Notes under the pieces: generated by a model
Told to the model about the DNA's origin: nothing
What the model saw: only the letters and a program-made list of their open reading frames with translations
Database searches by the model: none
Source of the DNA: Tetramitus jugosus
Taxonomy: Eukaryota > Protista > Heterolobosea
Reading direction: 5' to 3'
NCBI GenBank assembly: GCA_937625935.1
Contig: OW569392.1
Span: forward strand, 265,989 to 329,988
Length of the DNA: 64,000 nucleotides
Shown here: positions 34,879-47,969 of the stretch, in pieces
Layout: every line of letters begins with the position of its first letter
Position numbering within the stretch: the first letter of the stretch is position 1
Position numbers and translations under genes: made by a program

Positions 34879-35844
34879 CTAAGCAAAGATGTCAAAACCA
34901 AAGGCTCCTTTCACCTGAACAATTCTCTTGTTCTGGTTCAAGTTGTCAATCTTTTCCATTTCTTGTGGGGACAATTCAAAATCGAACACTTCAAAGTTGC
35001 TCTTGATTCGTTCGTCATGCACTGATTAGGGAATAACAACCACCCCTCTTTGAATAGACCATCTCAGAATGATATGTGAAGGGTCTTTGTTGTGTTTTTT
35101 AGCTATCGCAGCGATGGTGTCATCGTTGAGAGCATTCCCTTCTAAACCAGACCCGAATGGACTGTAGGCAGTCGTGGTAATATTACCCAACAATTTAGCG
35201 AATCGAATCAATTCATATCGGTTCAAATAGGGATGAACTTCCACTTGGTTGATTGCAGGCAAAATTCTTGCATAGGTCCACAAGTCCAGTAGGCTCTGAA
35301 TGTTGAAATTGGAGACTCCTATTGATTTGACGAGTCCATCATCAACCAACTTTTCCATCTCGGGCCACGTTTTATGCAATGGAACTTTAGCTAAAGGAAC
35401 CTTGATAGGTTCATTGCTATCATTCATTGCTTCATATCCAGTATCACCGCCACTCAAATCTAATCCACCGTTGCGCAATGGCATTGGCCAATGGATCAAA
35501 TACAAGTCCAAGTAATCAAGCTTCAGATCCTTCAATGTTTTGAGACAAGCCTCACGCACATTTGCATGATGTGTGTTCCACAATTTACTTGTGATAAACA
35601 AGTCCTTTCTTTCCACAACTTTATCTCTAATCAGTTCTTCAATGGCTTCACCAACCTCTGGTTCATTCCTGTACATGGCTGCCGTATCAATGTGCCGATA
35701 CCCTGCTTTTACTGCTGTAAGCACAGCATTCTTCACCTGTTGTGATTCACTCTTCCAAGTACCGAGACCAATGATTGGCATGTGGATGCCATTGTTTAAT
35801 TGTACAGTTTGTTGGGAATAATTGTTGGAAATGTCAGCCGACAT
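34879..35844 (-). pseudogene. Aldo-keto reductase with an in-frame TAA in the IPKS motif
   Basis: GLGTWK, HIDTA, DLYLIHWP, IGVSNF motifs. After the TAA at 35026-35028 the frame continues SVHDERIKSNFEVFDFELSPQEMEKID...FA* to 34879. Confidence 0.85.
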
Positions 35845-36447
35845 GATGATGGTTGTTCAATTGTGCTTTTTTTTTGCTTGTTTGATCTTGAGAATACTCT
35901 TGCACAACGTGGATCCATGCTGATCACGACGTGACTCTCAATAAAAGTTCTTGGTACTGCTTTTTCTTGGATGTCTCTTGATCTTGGGTATTTATACGAG
36001 GTTTTATTCGATCAGGTCCTAAAAAGGGATGAAAAACATCCGCTGATCGCGGAAACAGTTTTTTGGTGATTCTTCCAGAATTTGCTGGAAGCGAAACAAA
36101 GAAGGAGTAATCAGATTTTACAATTTTATTGTTTATTGGATGGTTGAGTGTGAATGACATAGGATATGTGCGAGTTGGTTGGAGTTATTTTATGTGTTCA
36201 ATGTCTTGCTGTCCAACAGTAAGTTTTACTCAGTTTTCATCCCTCCAAACAACAGACGATCCAGTGTTTGGTCTGTGGTTAGCATCCCATACATGCAATC
36301 TTGTTTAGCCTTCTTTGATTGCTTGTTGGATTGGGTGGCCGCACGCTTCATCTTTTTGGTAGTTTTTGGCACGGATTACCCGTCTTAACGGTGGAACTCA
36401 TCATTTAGTTCCATCCATCCAAGGCCAAGCACAGAAAAAAAGAAAGA

Positions 36448-37942
36448 ATGCTGCGCCAGTCGTTGAGATGCATTTCCAACGCGTTTGGTCATCAGATCCA
36501 ATGTGTCCAGGGGATGTTCCATGTTCGCCAATAAAACCCATGTTAAAATGTCCAAACAAGCATTCTTCTGCACTGAAACTGTAAAGAATGCTTCTGATGT
36601 TGTCGAGCCTCCTTTTGTTTCTTCCAATATAGAAGAATCGAAGGAACAACAATATGCATCAAACTCAACAAAGAATAGCCATGTGCCCGAGGCATTCGAG
36701 CGCATCAACTTGTTGTGCGATCAGGATACTTTCACTCCTCAGACACTGCCTAAGTCAGATAATGATGAAGATTTTGTAATTACTGGCCAAACTCTGATTC
36801 GTGGTCGAGCTATACAGATCGTTTACCTCTCAGTGTCTGGGACCAGAGTATCCAAGGAACATGTTCGGCAACTGAAGGATGCTTTCCAGGATGCAGGAGC
36901 CATCAGAACACCTGTTGTTTGCCTGTATGATTTTCGATGCACAAGTATTCAAGAGGGCAAAAGCTCCTTAAGTGGACTTCCGTTTTTTTTCGGACGAAAT
37001 ATGTCGGTCTCTGGCGAAGTACCTCTAATTTCTTTGACCTTTGGTCCATCCTTAGGTGCTGTTCGCAGTCTACATCCTTCTTCGTCTTTTATCTTCAGGG
37101 TAAAGAATGGCTATGATATGGCAGCTAGTTCCAAACCAGAGATGCCATATTTCTCATTCGAACAGGATATTGACGGCCTGAAGAGTGCAAGAGAGTTTAT
37201 CCACTTTTTAACATCGTTAAGAGAGGAGACTGAAAATTTTGATCCAACAACAAGAAGGGATGACACTCTGAATTCTATAATTTCTCCAGATCCCAATACT
37301 ACATATAATATGAAGAATATTATCCGATCGATTGTAGATGATGGAAACTTCTGCGAACTAATGCTAGATCCTGCTAGGAATATCCATACTGGTTTTGCTC
37401 AAATGAACGGACAGGTGGTAGCAATCGTCGCGAATCAGACTTGTGAGACTGCAGGAGTTTTGAACTACGATTCCAGTGCTATGACTGCCAGATTCGTTAG
37501 ATTCGCAAACGACTACCACGTACCAATATTAACCTTTGTGGACGTACCTGGACTCTTGTATGAGGGAGATGTCCTTCGAAAAGGCAGGGAGCTCTTATTA
37601 GTGTATAAGGATGCTACTGTTCCAAGGATTACTATTGTTACCAGGAAGGCGCATAATGACGCTTATGATGTCATTTCTTCGGAATATTTGAGAGGTAAAT
37701 TCAATTACTCATGGGCGACGACTCCTCAGATCTCGAGCAAGAACATGGCTGCAAAAAAGTCTCTGTATCACAGCATCGAACCTTCGACAACCAGACAACG
37801 TATATGCAAAGATTTGGAATCGTTAAAGAGTAGAAAATCTGATCAACCCGAACACTTATCCTGGAAAGAGGTGACATGGGTTGTGAGAAATTGGTTATTG
37901 ATACTCTTCTCTTTGTTCGTACTTATTCGTTATGTTTGTTAA
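36448..37942 (+). pseudogene. Highly divergent propionyl-CoA carboxylase beta (carboxyltransferase)-like gene with a 5' frameshift
   Basis: QEG..SL.G, GQVVAIVANQ, ARFVRF, TFVDVPG, ATVPRITIVTRKA motifs. Presequence-like MLRQSLRCISNA from ATG 36448 is one base out of frame with the long ORF. Confidence 0.75.
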
Positions 37943-38704
37943 TAAAACCACTTTGAGTGGAATGAAATCTACTTGTTCAATACAATTTTTCCAGCAATGA
38001 GTGTGCACCAAGTGCTTCATCTTCAATGAATAAATGCACCAAAGAACAGGCACACTGATGACCGACAGGCAATAAGTAGCATATGAAGGCAATGTATACT
38101 CATAATTAGATTTCCACAAATACAAAATCGATATCAGTCATCGCTTCAATTGTCTTGCCTTTGTTAGTTTTTTCAAAAGGATACTATCTGCTGAAGTATC
38201 ATTCAAGCCTTCAGCCTTGAAGACAATCGTCTGGTGCTCACCACAAGCAACTGCTAAGCGTTGAGATGAGTTTGGAGTTTCGAGCTACATCCGTCTATCA
38301 GATCATCTTCATTCAACAGATGGCCATTGATGACAAACAAGCATCCAACAAAAATAGCGACTGTCAACAAGGAAGAATCACAAATTTTAGCGTCAGAAAC
38401 AAGAAGATCGAATGGATCTCATGTGGCGCCTCAGATCCTTGTTTGTTGCAGATCAGGGTACACAGTCAATTTGACTGATGGAAAAAGGGAAAGGTAATCA
38501 TTTGTTCAATGCTGTGCGCGCCATTCTCGTCCAACAACTCGGACAGATCATTTTTTTCATTTCGGAATAAATCACTGATTCAGTGCGGCCTAAAATACAA
38601 CACGACTCCATCTCTTTTTCAACTTATTTTACTTTTCATAACTGTTCAGTTGAGATCACGCTGTGATGGGATGAGATAATGGTCTATTCCACACACGACG
38701 AAAA

Positions 38705-41257
38705 ATGAAAGCACTCCTTATTTTTTTACTCATTACTCTGGCTCTATTGATCGTTCATGTGAGATCAGATGTTTCAGTGAACGTTGATGCGACGAACAAG
38801 ATGAATATTGCAGCCAATATTGGTGCTGCAGGTTCCACAAGGGCTTATTCCATTGGACCTGGCTTCTTAGGTTTCTCTATTGAGATTAGTAGTATCCTCT
38901 ACTATTTTGATCCAGTTACATTTCAACCTAGACCATGGTTCGTTCAACTTCTCAACAATTTGAAGAATCTAACCGGTAAAGCCCCTAGAATCAGACTTGG
39001 AGGTAATAGTAGTGATAGATCTTGGTATGATCCTAATGGTGTTCCAAATCCCCCTAGAATAACTTATGACATAACCCCCCAGCTTTTCCAAGCACTCAAT
39101 AGACTGTCTGATAGTACTGGAGTGCAGTTCGTGTTTGGGTTAAATTTCGCGAGGGGAGACAGTGCTGTTTATGCAATTGATGAAGTTCGAGCGATCAAAT
39201 CACTTCTAGGTTATGGAAAAATCCTCGCCTTCCAGATTGGGAATGAACCAGATCTCTATACTACATGTTCTTATCGACCATGTGGATATACGTATACACA
39301 ATTCAAGAGTGAGACGAACATGTACATTGATTCTATTAGAAGCACTGAACCCACTGTACCTGGGTTTGAAGGAGGTAGTTTTTGCTGCCCTTGGCTTCCT
39401 TCCAATTCAATTGATTTGATAAGCACTCAAGCCTCCAGATACAAATCATTCTCATTCCACCTATATCCATTATCAGCGTGCGGACCACGTCCAACAATCA
39501 GTGAACTTCTCTCCGATTCCTCTGTTTCAATTCTTCGAAACTCTGCAATCTTTCAATCGATTGCACGCGAAGCTGATCGTGCAAATACTAATTGGTTCTT
39601 GGGAGAAACGAACAACATAGTATGCGAAGGATTTCCTGGCACAAGCGATTCGTTTGCTGGTGCCCTATGGTCTCTAGATTGGATGTTCTCTGCCGCTTCT
39701 CTGGGTGCTTCAGGTCTTAACTTTCATGGCTCAGGATTTTCATCCTACAGCCCCATCATAATCGATCCAACAGGGGTCAATCCAAATCCACGGGTCATGC
39801 CACAGTATTATGCCATGATGATGTTTAGTTATGCTACTAGATCTGGTGCTTCTCTCTTGAATCCTGTTTTGATTTCAACCAATTCCTTGATTAAGATATG
39901 GGGAGTGGAAAGGACAGATGGAACTCTGGTGATTATGGTGAATCATAAGGATATCTCTGCTTCGGCAGGTACTCCAGTTCATATCACTCTATCACAACCA
40001 ACGTTGTACAGTACAGTTGGACAATTAGTAGTACTTACAGCTCCTTCGATGGCTGAAACCACTGCAGTGACTTTTGGAGGACAAACTTTCGCAGGAACAA
40101 CTACAGGTACACCATCAGGATCTTTTACTAGTACAAGCATACAATCCAGTGCAGGATCATTTCATTTTGATATACAACCTCACTCAGCTGCTCTATTGAC
40201 TATTAGTAGATCAGGAACACCATCTCCACCTTCAATGCCACCTCCACCCCCTCCACCACCTGTTACAGGTTCAAGTATTCGATTGAATTGTGGTGGTCCT
40301 TTGTTTACTGATCCAAGAGGGAATGTGTGGCAGGCAGATGATAGCCCTAGTTCCGATCCCAACAAGGGAGTTGTAGCTACATCAAGTGCACCAATGTCGA
40401 ATACAGATATGATCCCATTGTATCAATCAGAACGATGGAAACCATTGCCGGGAGACCAAATATTTTCATTCGTCGTTGCTAATGGTATCTACCAAGTTAC
40501 TATTCATCTGGCAGAGTTTTATTCTGGTGCTATGACCATTGGTGGGAGAGTATTCAATGTTGCTATTAATGGGGTAACTGCATTTGCAAATGTGGATATC
40601 TTTAAAGATGCTGGTGGAGGGAACAGAGCCTTAGTAAAAAGTATCCAAGTCTCTGTAGTAACTGGAGCCATTGAAATCAGATGCAGTCATATCATCGAAA
40701 ATCCTAAAATATCAGCAATTGAGATTATCGTTGCAGGATCCGTACCACCATCTCCTCCACCTTCAACTCCGCCACCACCGCCTGTAGCCGGATCCGTAGT
40801 CAGAATTAATGTTGGAGGTCCAAGCTATATAGACTCAGAGGGAAATCCATGGGCATCAGATCAAGCCCTTGATACTGCAAAAGGATCAGTACGATCAATT
40901 GTAGATTCAGTTGTTATTACTGGAACACCGGATCCGACTATATATCGTACTTATCGCTTCAATATTGGATCGATCATGTACTCCATACCCTTAATCAATG
41001 GATTCTACAGTGTCAGGCTACATTTTTCAGAAACTTTCACAGGTACAATGTCGGTTGGGGCTAGAGTGTTTGATATCTCTTTGAATGGGAATGTTTCATT
41101 TGTGGACACCGATATTTTCAAAGAAGCTCCTGGTGGTAATCGAGCTCTGATAAAGGCTAGCCAAATTCAGATTTCAACCGGTCTGATTAGTATTGTAGTA
41201 TCAGCAAAGATTGAAAATCCAAGGCTATCCGGAATCGAAGTATTAAGGACCAATTAA
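38705..41257 (+). CDS. Secreted GH79-family glycoside hydrolase with two malectin domains and Pro-rich linkers
   Basis: Signal peptide, RLGGNSSD, IGNEPD (acid/base), LGETN (nucleophile). Two malectin repeats (R[LI]NxGG, LYQSER/IYRTYR, VxLHFxE, RVFxxxxNG, DIF, ISAIEI). Confidence 0.88.
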   Translation: MKALLIFLLITLALLIVHVRSDVSVNVDATNKMNIAANIGAAGSTRAYSIGPGFLGFSIEISSILYYFDPVTFQPRPWFVQLLNNLKNLTGKAPRIRLGGNSSDRSWYDPNGVPNPPRITYDITPQLFQALNRLSDSTGVQFVFGLNFARGDSAVYAIDEVRAIKSLLGYGKILAFQIGNEPDLYTTCSYRPCGYTYTQFKSETNMYIDSIRSTEPTVPGFEGGSFCCPWLPSNSIDLISTQASRYKSFSFHLYPLSACGPRPTISELLSDSSVSILRNSAIFQSIAREADRANTNWFLGETNNIVCEGFPGTSDSFAGALWSLDWMFSAASLGASGLNFHGSGFSSYSPIIIDPTGVNPNPRVMPQYYAMMMFSYATRSGASLLNPVLISTNSLIKIWGVERTDGTLVIMVNHKDISASAGTPVHITLSQPTLYSTVGQLVVLTAPSMAETTAVTFGGQTFAGTTTGTPSGSFTSTSIQSSAGSFHFDIQPHSAALLTISRSGTPSPPSMPPPPPPPPVTGSSIRLNCGGPLFTDPRGNVWQADDSPSSDPNKGVVATSSAPMSNTDMIPLYQSERWKPLPGDQIFSFVVANGIYQVTIHLAEFYSGAMTIGGRVFNVAINGVTAFANVDIFKDAGGGNRALVKSIQVSVVTGAIEIRCSHIIENPKISAIEIIVAGSVPPSPPPSTPPPPPVAGSVVRINVGGPSYIDSEGNPWASDQALDTAKGSVRSIVDSVVITGTPDPTIYRTYRFNIGSIMYSIPLINGFYSVRLHFSETFTGTMSVGARVFDISLNGNVSFVDTDIFKEAPGGNRALIKASQIQISTGLISIVVSAKIENPRLSGIEVLRTN

Positions 41258-41489
41258 TTAAATGTAGTCATACGTGCAATCTCAACTTCATTTCAGCAAT
41301 CGGTTTACGGTGCTAGGCACCTGAAGTTGAAAAACACAATGTGGCTCCCTGGGTTTTGTGGTCCAACCTTTCCGAAAAATGTGGATGAATCTAAATATCA
41401 TTGTTCTTTGTACCTTTCGCACAAAAAAGGAAACAAGAGTCTGTGGTTCAATTCAGAAAAAATCTAAAACAAGAATTAAAAGGCTAAGG

Positions 41490-42100
41490 TTATTTACAAA
41501 CATTTGGGCGGTAAATACAATGACGATACATTTTCAACAATCTCTTGTGTGTCAGTTTGGTGAGGATACCTATGATATCCTCCACCAATGTTATAGAGCC
41601 ATCCTGATTGCGTCTCAGAGTGTTCTTGATGAACGCAAACACCAGTTCCGCAGGATTCAACTCGGGACTGTACATTGGTAGCAGGAGTTGTTGACTCCTA
41701 CCTGCTCAATTGTTTGGCAAATTCAAACGTATCCCTTCACACATGAACCGAGACATTATCCATGATAAGCACATCTCCTCTCGTCAATGTCTTGGATGCA
41801 ATACAGTCAGCAATGAATAATCATACTGTGTGTTCGAGTCTGGTCGAATATATGCAGCGAATGGTACCTTACTGTTCGACGTGGTCATCAACAAATTTGT
41901 GAACGTTTCTTTCAAATTCCATCTCCTGACAGAGACTCTTTCCCTCTTGGCCACACACAATGTTTTTTTCCACTTGCTTTGACACAAAGTGCACATCATC
42001 GAGGAATTTGACGTTCTTGAGGCCAAAACGATTCACAATCGATGGCATTGCTACTACATGATCGACAAATCGCTTTTCATTGGCGGATATGACAGGTACC
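41490..42100 (-). mobile_element. Degenerate IS630/Tc1-mariner transposase remnant
   Basis: Frameshifted fragments KNVKFLDD (D1), VLIMDNVSVH (D2), YSPELNPAELVF (E). No TIRs found. Confidence 0.8.
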
Positions 42101-45045
42101 GGTATTTAGTTTCAACCGAGGCGAATTCTCCGATTAAAGTTTTGTTTGAGGAAATACTTGTGTAAGATAATATCATTTCCTACAATTTCTCTCAATTCCC
42201 ATCACAAGCAAAATGAAAACCAATCAATTTCCTGGATATTTCAGATGAAATTTTGACATATCCCTTACGTTTTTTGAGTGAACCAACACTCGCGTTGGCT
42301 CTGACAGATTTGGAGGACTTGCTTTCAGAAACATCTGAAGGCTGTTGTGAAGGTGATTATGATGAAGAGGGTCGTAGTTTGAGAGGGTGGTTATGGGATA
42401 GATGACACTGGTGTGTGATTGGATTGAGTTAGAATTGCTATTACATCAACGCTGCTCATTTTTTTTGTTTTTTGTCGAAAAAAAAAATCGAACATGATGT
42501 TCTTGCTGATTGGGGATGATGATGGGATTGACTTCGATCCTGTGACCACACAGATGGCTGAGACCAACTTCGGGCTAGGAAGGGGAGTGGTCAAGGTGAA
42601 CAACACACAACTTCAAAGTAAGTTGAAGGAAGCCAAAGACATACTCCGAAAGAAAAACCAAGAAATATAGAACTATCCACACTTCAAGAACAATGCGAAA
42701 GATTAAGTGCTCAAGTGAGTCCTGATAATTCCACTAAAAAACCCTAGCATGGTTACAAACAGTCCTCTACAAACTCGACACCAATGAAATTGTGACTGAA
42801 ATCAGCACTCAAAAATTTGGCTTCACTACCGGACGAAGAGTTTGACCAAAACCGTTGGACCATATTGCATGCCAAAGTAAGACAGACACACTTGCATTCA
42901 TGTTTGGATCTGTTAAAAATCTTTTATATAGTCCCAATTTCATTAAAGATGAGTCCCCAGAAACGAAGATTGAATTGAGAAAAAAATTGAAAAAATTGTG
43001 AGAAGTGTCAAAAGATCACTTGGAGGAAGGATTGAAATTGCTTTCAAATCATATAGCAGGAGCGACAAATCTTTTGCTTCTCAGATCAGGATGTTTGGGG
43101 ACTGTGGGATTGAATCGTCAGTGTGATCTGTCACACTTCGCTTGAACTACATTCTTCGACAGAAGATAATAGAAGAGAGTTAATCCATGTAAGAACGATA
43201 CATATGTAAATGGTATCTACCACACTATTTACCAAAATAGCTAAACTTATCTTATATGGTAGATGGTGTCTTGATCAAGAAAGAAGTTGCTTCTTCTTTG
43301 TTTACCTCAAGACACAAAATTCATTGTAAAATCGGAGGATTCCAAAATGCCTTTACAATTGTAAATTTGTGAACCTTTAAAAAATGCATGTTGCAATCAG
43401 CGAATTGCGGTCAACTCGATACAACACCTCATAAACGCAAAAAAAATAATAGCAGATATTATTGATGGTGCTTATTGTACTTATCGTCCTTTAAAATGCT
43501 CAAATTAAGATTATGAAGAAAAAAAACAATGTTATCTTCGAACTATCCTGCCAACTGCCTATGCTTCATTCCAAGCTACAAATCCAGTTGCTCCAGTTAC
43601 ACATACAGTTTGGTTGATTGACATGTTCTTGTTTCTTTTGTTGTGAAAGAAGAACAACCAACTTTACTTTCAATTCCTATGATTTTAAGAGTGGGACGCT
43701 ACTGCAGGAAATACAGGAGCTGTTCTGCTCGTCTTGGACATCTATTCCTCTCTATTCTCGAAAGTAATGGAGCTGGAATGACTAAACTTCAGTATCTGGA
43801 GAGTGTCACAATTTTCTCATCACCTTTTTAACAAATTCCGGATGAATCGGGAGATAACGATGCAATTAAAATTTACAACTCATTCAGGTTGTCTTTACCG
43901 AGAATTGCTCCACATGATATAGTGACCGCAGCTAGTCCATTATTATTGCTTCTATTGATCCTTCTTTCGACTCACTTATGCATTCTTCTAAACAATTGCC
44001 AACAATTCGACTAAGAATTCTAGTCCAAATCAAAAACTGTGACACTATTGACCATAATTTTCTTGTATGCATTATATTGTACAATGATTCCTCCAATTCT
44101 CAACTAAACCATGCATGAGTGAACAGTCGATTTCTAAAAATCTGGAGATTTAAATAGTTACATAATGATTAAATGATACTACTTAACATCAACAGCAGAA
44201 TACCCAACCAACAATACAAAAATAATGAAACAAAAATTCCCGTGGTGTGGATAATACGATGGATGCATTTTGACATTCAATATCAATTAGAATATCAGAG
44301 GTGATACAGTTCCACTGTCGATCAAAGTTCTAACGATTCTAAACGAGATGACAGGTTTTGTATGACAGCGGAACCAAAAAAAATAAGCCAAAGAGGTGAT
44401 AAAACTAATGTCAAGAAGGCGTCAAAAAAAACTAAAATTGATGGAGTGGTTGAGAATCCAGTCTTAAAATCCTGTTCATCCCTCTGCCTTGATGAGTGGT
44501 CCGTGGTGATTGAGTTCTGTGATACCAAAGAATTACTTCTGTGAAAAAGAAACAGGTGTTAAATTGATGATTTCAAACAGTAATTAATGCAGCAACGTGG
44601 TGACAGGAAGATGAGGTTCTGTTTTGAGGGGTCTGTCAGGTAGGTATGGCTTGTACTCTGAACTTCTTGCTCTTTTGCTTCTTGGTTGGACTGGAACCAA
44701 AAGAACGTCGATGAGTGTATTCGTACGTTTTTGTCTTAAAATTTTCAACTTAACATTTCGGTTTGTTTGCATTGTGGTTGTGGAACTACAGACCAAACAT
44801 GTGATTTCCGTTGGGTTTCATATGTGGTGGCCCGTAAGAAAAGTCATGACTACGGGGGCCTAAGAGTTGATTTTTGTATAATTGTTTCCTATATTTTATG
44901 CTAGACGGCGACGAGTCCAGAGGTTTCCCGACGTGAGTCCCGGACTCCAGAGAAGTGGCAACCAATGCATATGCTCAAATCGTGACATTGAATCATGATA
45001 TGATAGTGGCCTCTGAGTCAATATTTTAGTGACCAATGTGGGGCT

Positions 45046-47260
45046 TGTAACATCTACATAATGTAGATTCTCCGCCATCTACATAATTTTGTAAACAAGT
45101 TCCACCATCTACATAATCAAGTTCGAAGTTGGAACTCCGCACCGAATAGAAAAAACACAACCAACGAAAGTACAACACCAATGGCAATCAACATTATTTT
45201 TTACACTAGCACGCAATAATCACTAGACTAAGCATGTTTAGCAGCTTTGTGAACTCTCTCCTCTTCACTGTCAGGCTTCCTTCTCCTTTTCTTGTTCTTG
45301 TTCTTTCTACTAATTACTAGTGTACCATCATTAATCACTTGTGGTGACACTGGTGGAGCATCTACTGGTGGAGGTGACACAGGAGGTAACACTGGTGGTA
45401 ACATTGGTGGATGTGACACTGGAGGTGGCACTGGATGTTCATCATCTTCATCATAATCACCTTCATCGTAAATGACCTCACCATCATCATCTACATCCAT
45501 TGTTGCTGGTTCAACAAACACATTATTTCCCAGATAGAAGGTCTTTAGATCTCTGGCCTCAATATATGGTGAAATATCTCCAGGTTTCTGTGATGGTTTA
45601 ATACCTCCAGATTCCAACCACTTCACCTTGTAACGGTACAAGCTCAGTCCATCATCACCTAATTGCTCATCAACAATTACACCCTTACGGCCAAACAAGT
45701 AACATCTGGATGATCGGTACTTTTGAGGTACTCTGACCCGAACTATATCACCAACTTTGAATCTGGGAATGTTTGGATTCTTTCTGAGGTAATGTTCTCT
45801 AGCTGCTTCCCCTCTTGCTCTAATACATTTTCTAATTATATCAATGTGTCCCAACCTCTGCATCTTGTTCGCCAATGGCTCAGAAGATGGATCAGAACAC
45901 CAGCAAATTCTCCAGGCAACAATTGGTTTCATCTTAATAGTAGAATGGAAAGCATTATTATATTCACTGACTACTTGAGGAACAAACTGTGACCACCTTT
46001 GAGTGTTGTTTGCAGACATAAGAGCAACCAGCTTTCTCTTTAACGTTTGATTCAAACGTTCGACAGCTCCTTGTACCCAAGGTGAATATGAAGGACCCTC
46101 CTTCTTGTTCACTCCATATTTCTTGCACATTTCAGCAACGGCAGCAGCAATAAACTCTCCACCATTATCGCTCCTAACGTTCATCTCATATAATGCCTGA
46201 TCACCTTCTCCCACCTCCTTCAAACCAATATCCACAAAAACATCTTCAAGAAATCTAGCAACATTGCTGCTCTCTTTATTTTGAATAGTTTCAACCCAAG
46301 CATGTTTTGTTAAATGATCAACCAAAACGATCAATCCAATATCTCGATTATCTTTGGACATGAAGGTGAGATCCAAATATAAATGCTGTCCTCTGTAATT
46401 ACTATTCTGTGAGGCTGGTCTGGGATATTATTACCTTTAACATCACCACAATGACCACAAACACGTATAAAATTTGTTATACTCACATCTAATTTGTCCC
46501 AAATAATCAAGTCGCTGTGTATTGCTTTCTTGACAGCGTTGATCCCTCTATGAGTGGAAGAATGATATTGATGAAGAATCTGTTCTCGTTGCTCTGGAGG
46601 TGGGATCCAATAATAGTCATCCCCAATCTTTTCTACGATCTTTTCCATCAAGTTACTGTCAAATGAGGAAGCAGTACTCAGACTAGCAAGTTGTTCTTCA
46701 TTCAAACCTGGTTTAACTATAATCTTATTGACATATTTTGCAATAGAGTAATAGATCTTTTCCCCTTCAAGTTTGTACCTGCCGTATGTAGTTAAATTTC
46801 TCTCGAGCATGAGAGATTCAACATTAGCAATGGTGTTATCTTTAGCAGCACGCTTAAGCCTACGACCCTTCTTTCCACCTCTATAGTTCTTCTTCTTGTT
46901 AACAGTGGGAGGTGGTTGATGTTGTGGTGCAATATAACCAGAGCTTGATTGCTGTTGAAGTTGGTGCTGAATAGTTTGTTGTTGTAGAATAATTTGTTGT
47001 TGTTGTGTTCTGATAATTTCATTCTGCTGATTCTTCTCTGCGTCTATTCGTGCAAGGAGTTCTCGTACAGCTGCTAATTCGTTCCTCACATCCTGAATTT
47101 CATTATTACTTGTCATTGCTGATTAAGAGGTCTTTTGCTGTTGTTTTGGTGATTTTTGTGTGAATATGTAACGGTCAGTTTTGACAGTTGATTTGTAGGC
47201 GGGACATCCATCTATATAATTTTGTAGATGATTTTTATTCACAAACATGTAGATGCGACA
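45046..47260 (-). mobile_element. Ginger/Tdd-type integrase DNA transposon, copy A (complete ends, one frameshift)
   Basis: TGT...ACA termini, 5-bp TSD GGGCT (45041-45045, 47261-47265), imperfect TIRs built of ATCTACAT units. ORFs 46331-47116 and 45228-46376 encode an HHCC zinc finger and a D,D35E integrase, split near 46388. Confidence 0.92.
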
Positions 47261-47969
47261 GGGCTGAGTCTTTTTGATTCAGTGACCCTTGAGCTAAAAG
47301 TATTGATGATCAATGCAGGGCTATCACAACTTATTTATCAACAGCAACATATATAATGTTCGATTGTTGTTAATATTGGTGGTGGTTTTGTGTAATCAAC
47401 ACGTATGTGTGTGTGGATAAAACTTTGTTGTGGCATGCCCATTGTCGTGTAGCACATGGTTCTTTCATCTAATCAGGACTTTTGCGAGATGCTCTTTGCG
47501 TACCACACTTAGAAAATCATCTCCAGCCGAAGAAGAGACCTTTGCTGTACAACACAATATTTGCTCCATTTTTCTCTGCCATAATGGCGGTATTCGTTAC
47601 TTGATTGCAGTGGTCCTTAACTTCTAGATGTACTCCGGGTTCTTACAACAGAGGTAACTCTTTCATTGTGATGGCAGCATCATTAGCTACTTGATCAAAA
47701 AGTTTCCTTGCACTGATGGGAAACTCTGCCTGTCTTGTTAAGGAAAACCCGAGAATTTAGCTGTATTTGGTACCAGAGTGTTGAAATTTACAGTTTAGTG
47801 TAAAAACAAAAATTGAGTTCGGTTGAGTTGTGGCTTAAGGATACATCCTGGATTCCCCAACCTAAGGAGAGCTATTTCCTTATATATCCTGTTTTGTTTG
47901 CTAGCTATCATTGCACTGGCAGCGTTAGCTGACAGTGCTGAACATCTATATGAATAATTGAACTTTATT

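Noticed and set aside
305-41257. Numerous 60-170 aa ORFs overlapping the main genes on the opposite strand or in another frame
   Set aside because: Shadow ORFs with no motifs, often with non-ATG starts.
42215-44544. Short F-box-like fragments (FLDISDEILTY; LCLDEWSVVIEF) and other broken ORFs
   Set aside because: Too short and disrupted to call. Probably pseudogene debris.
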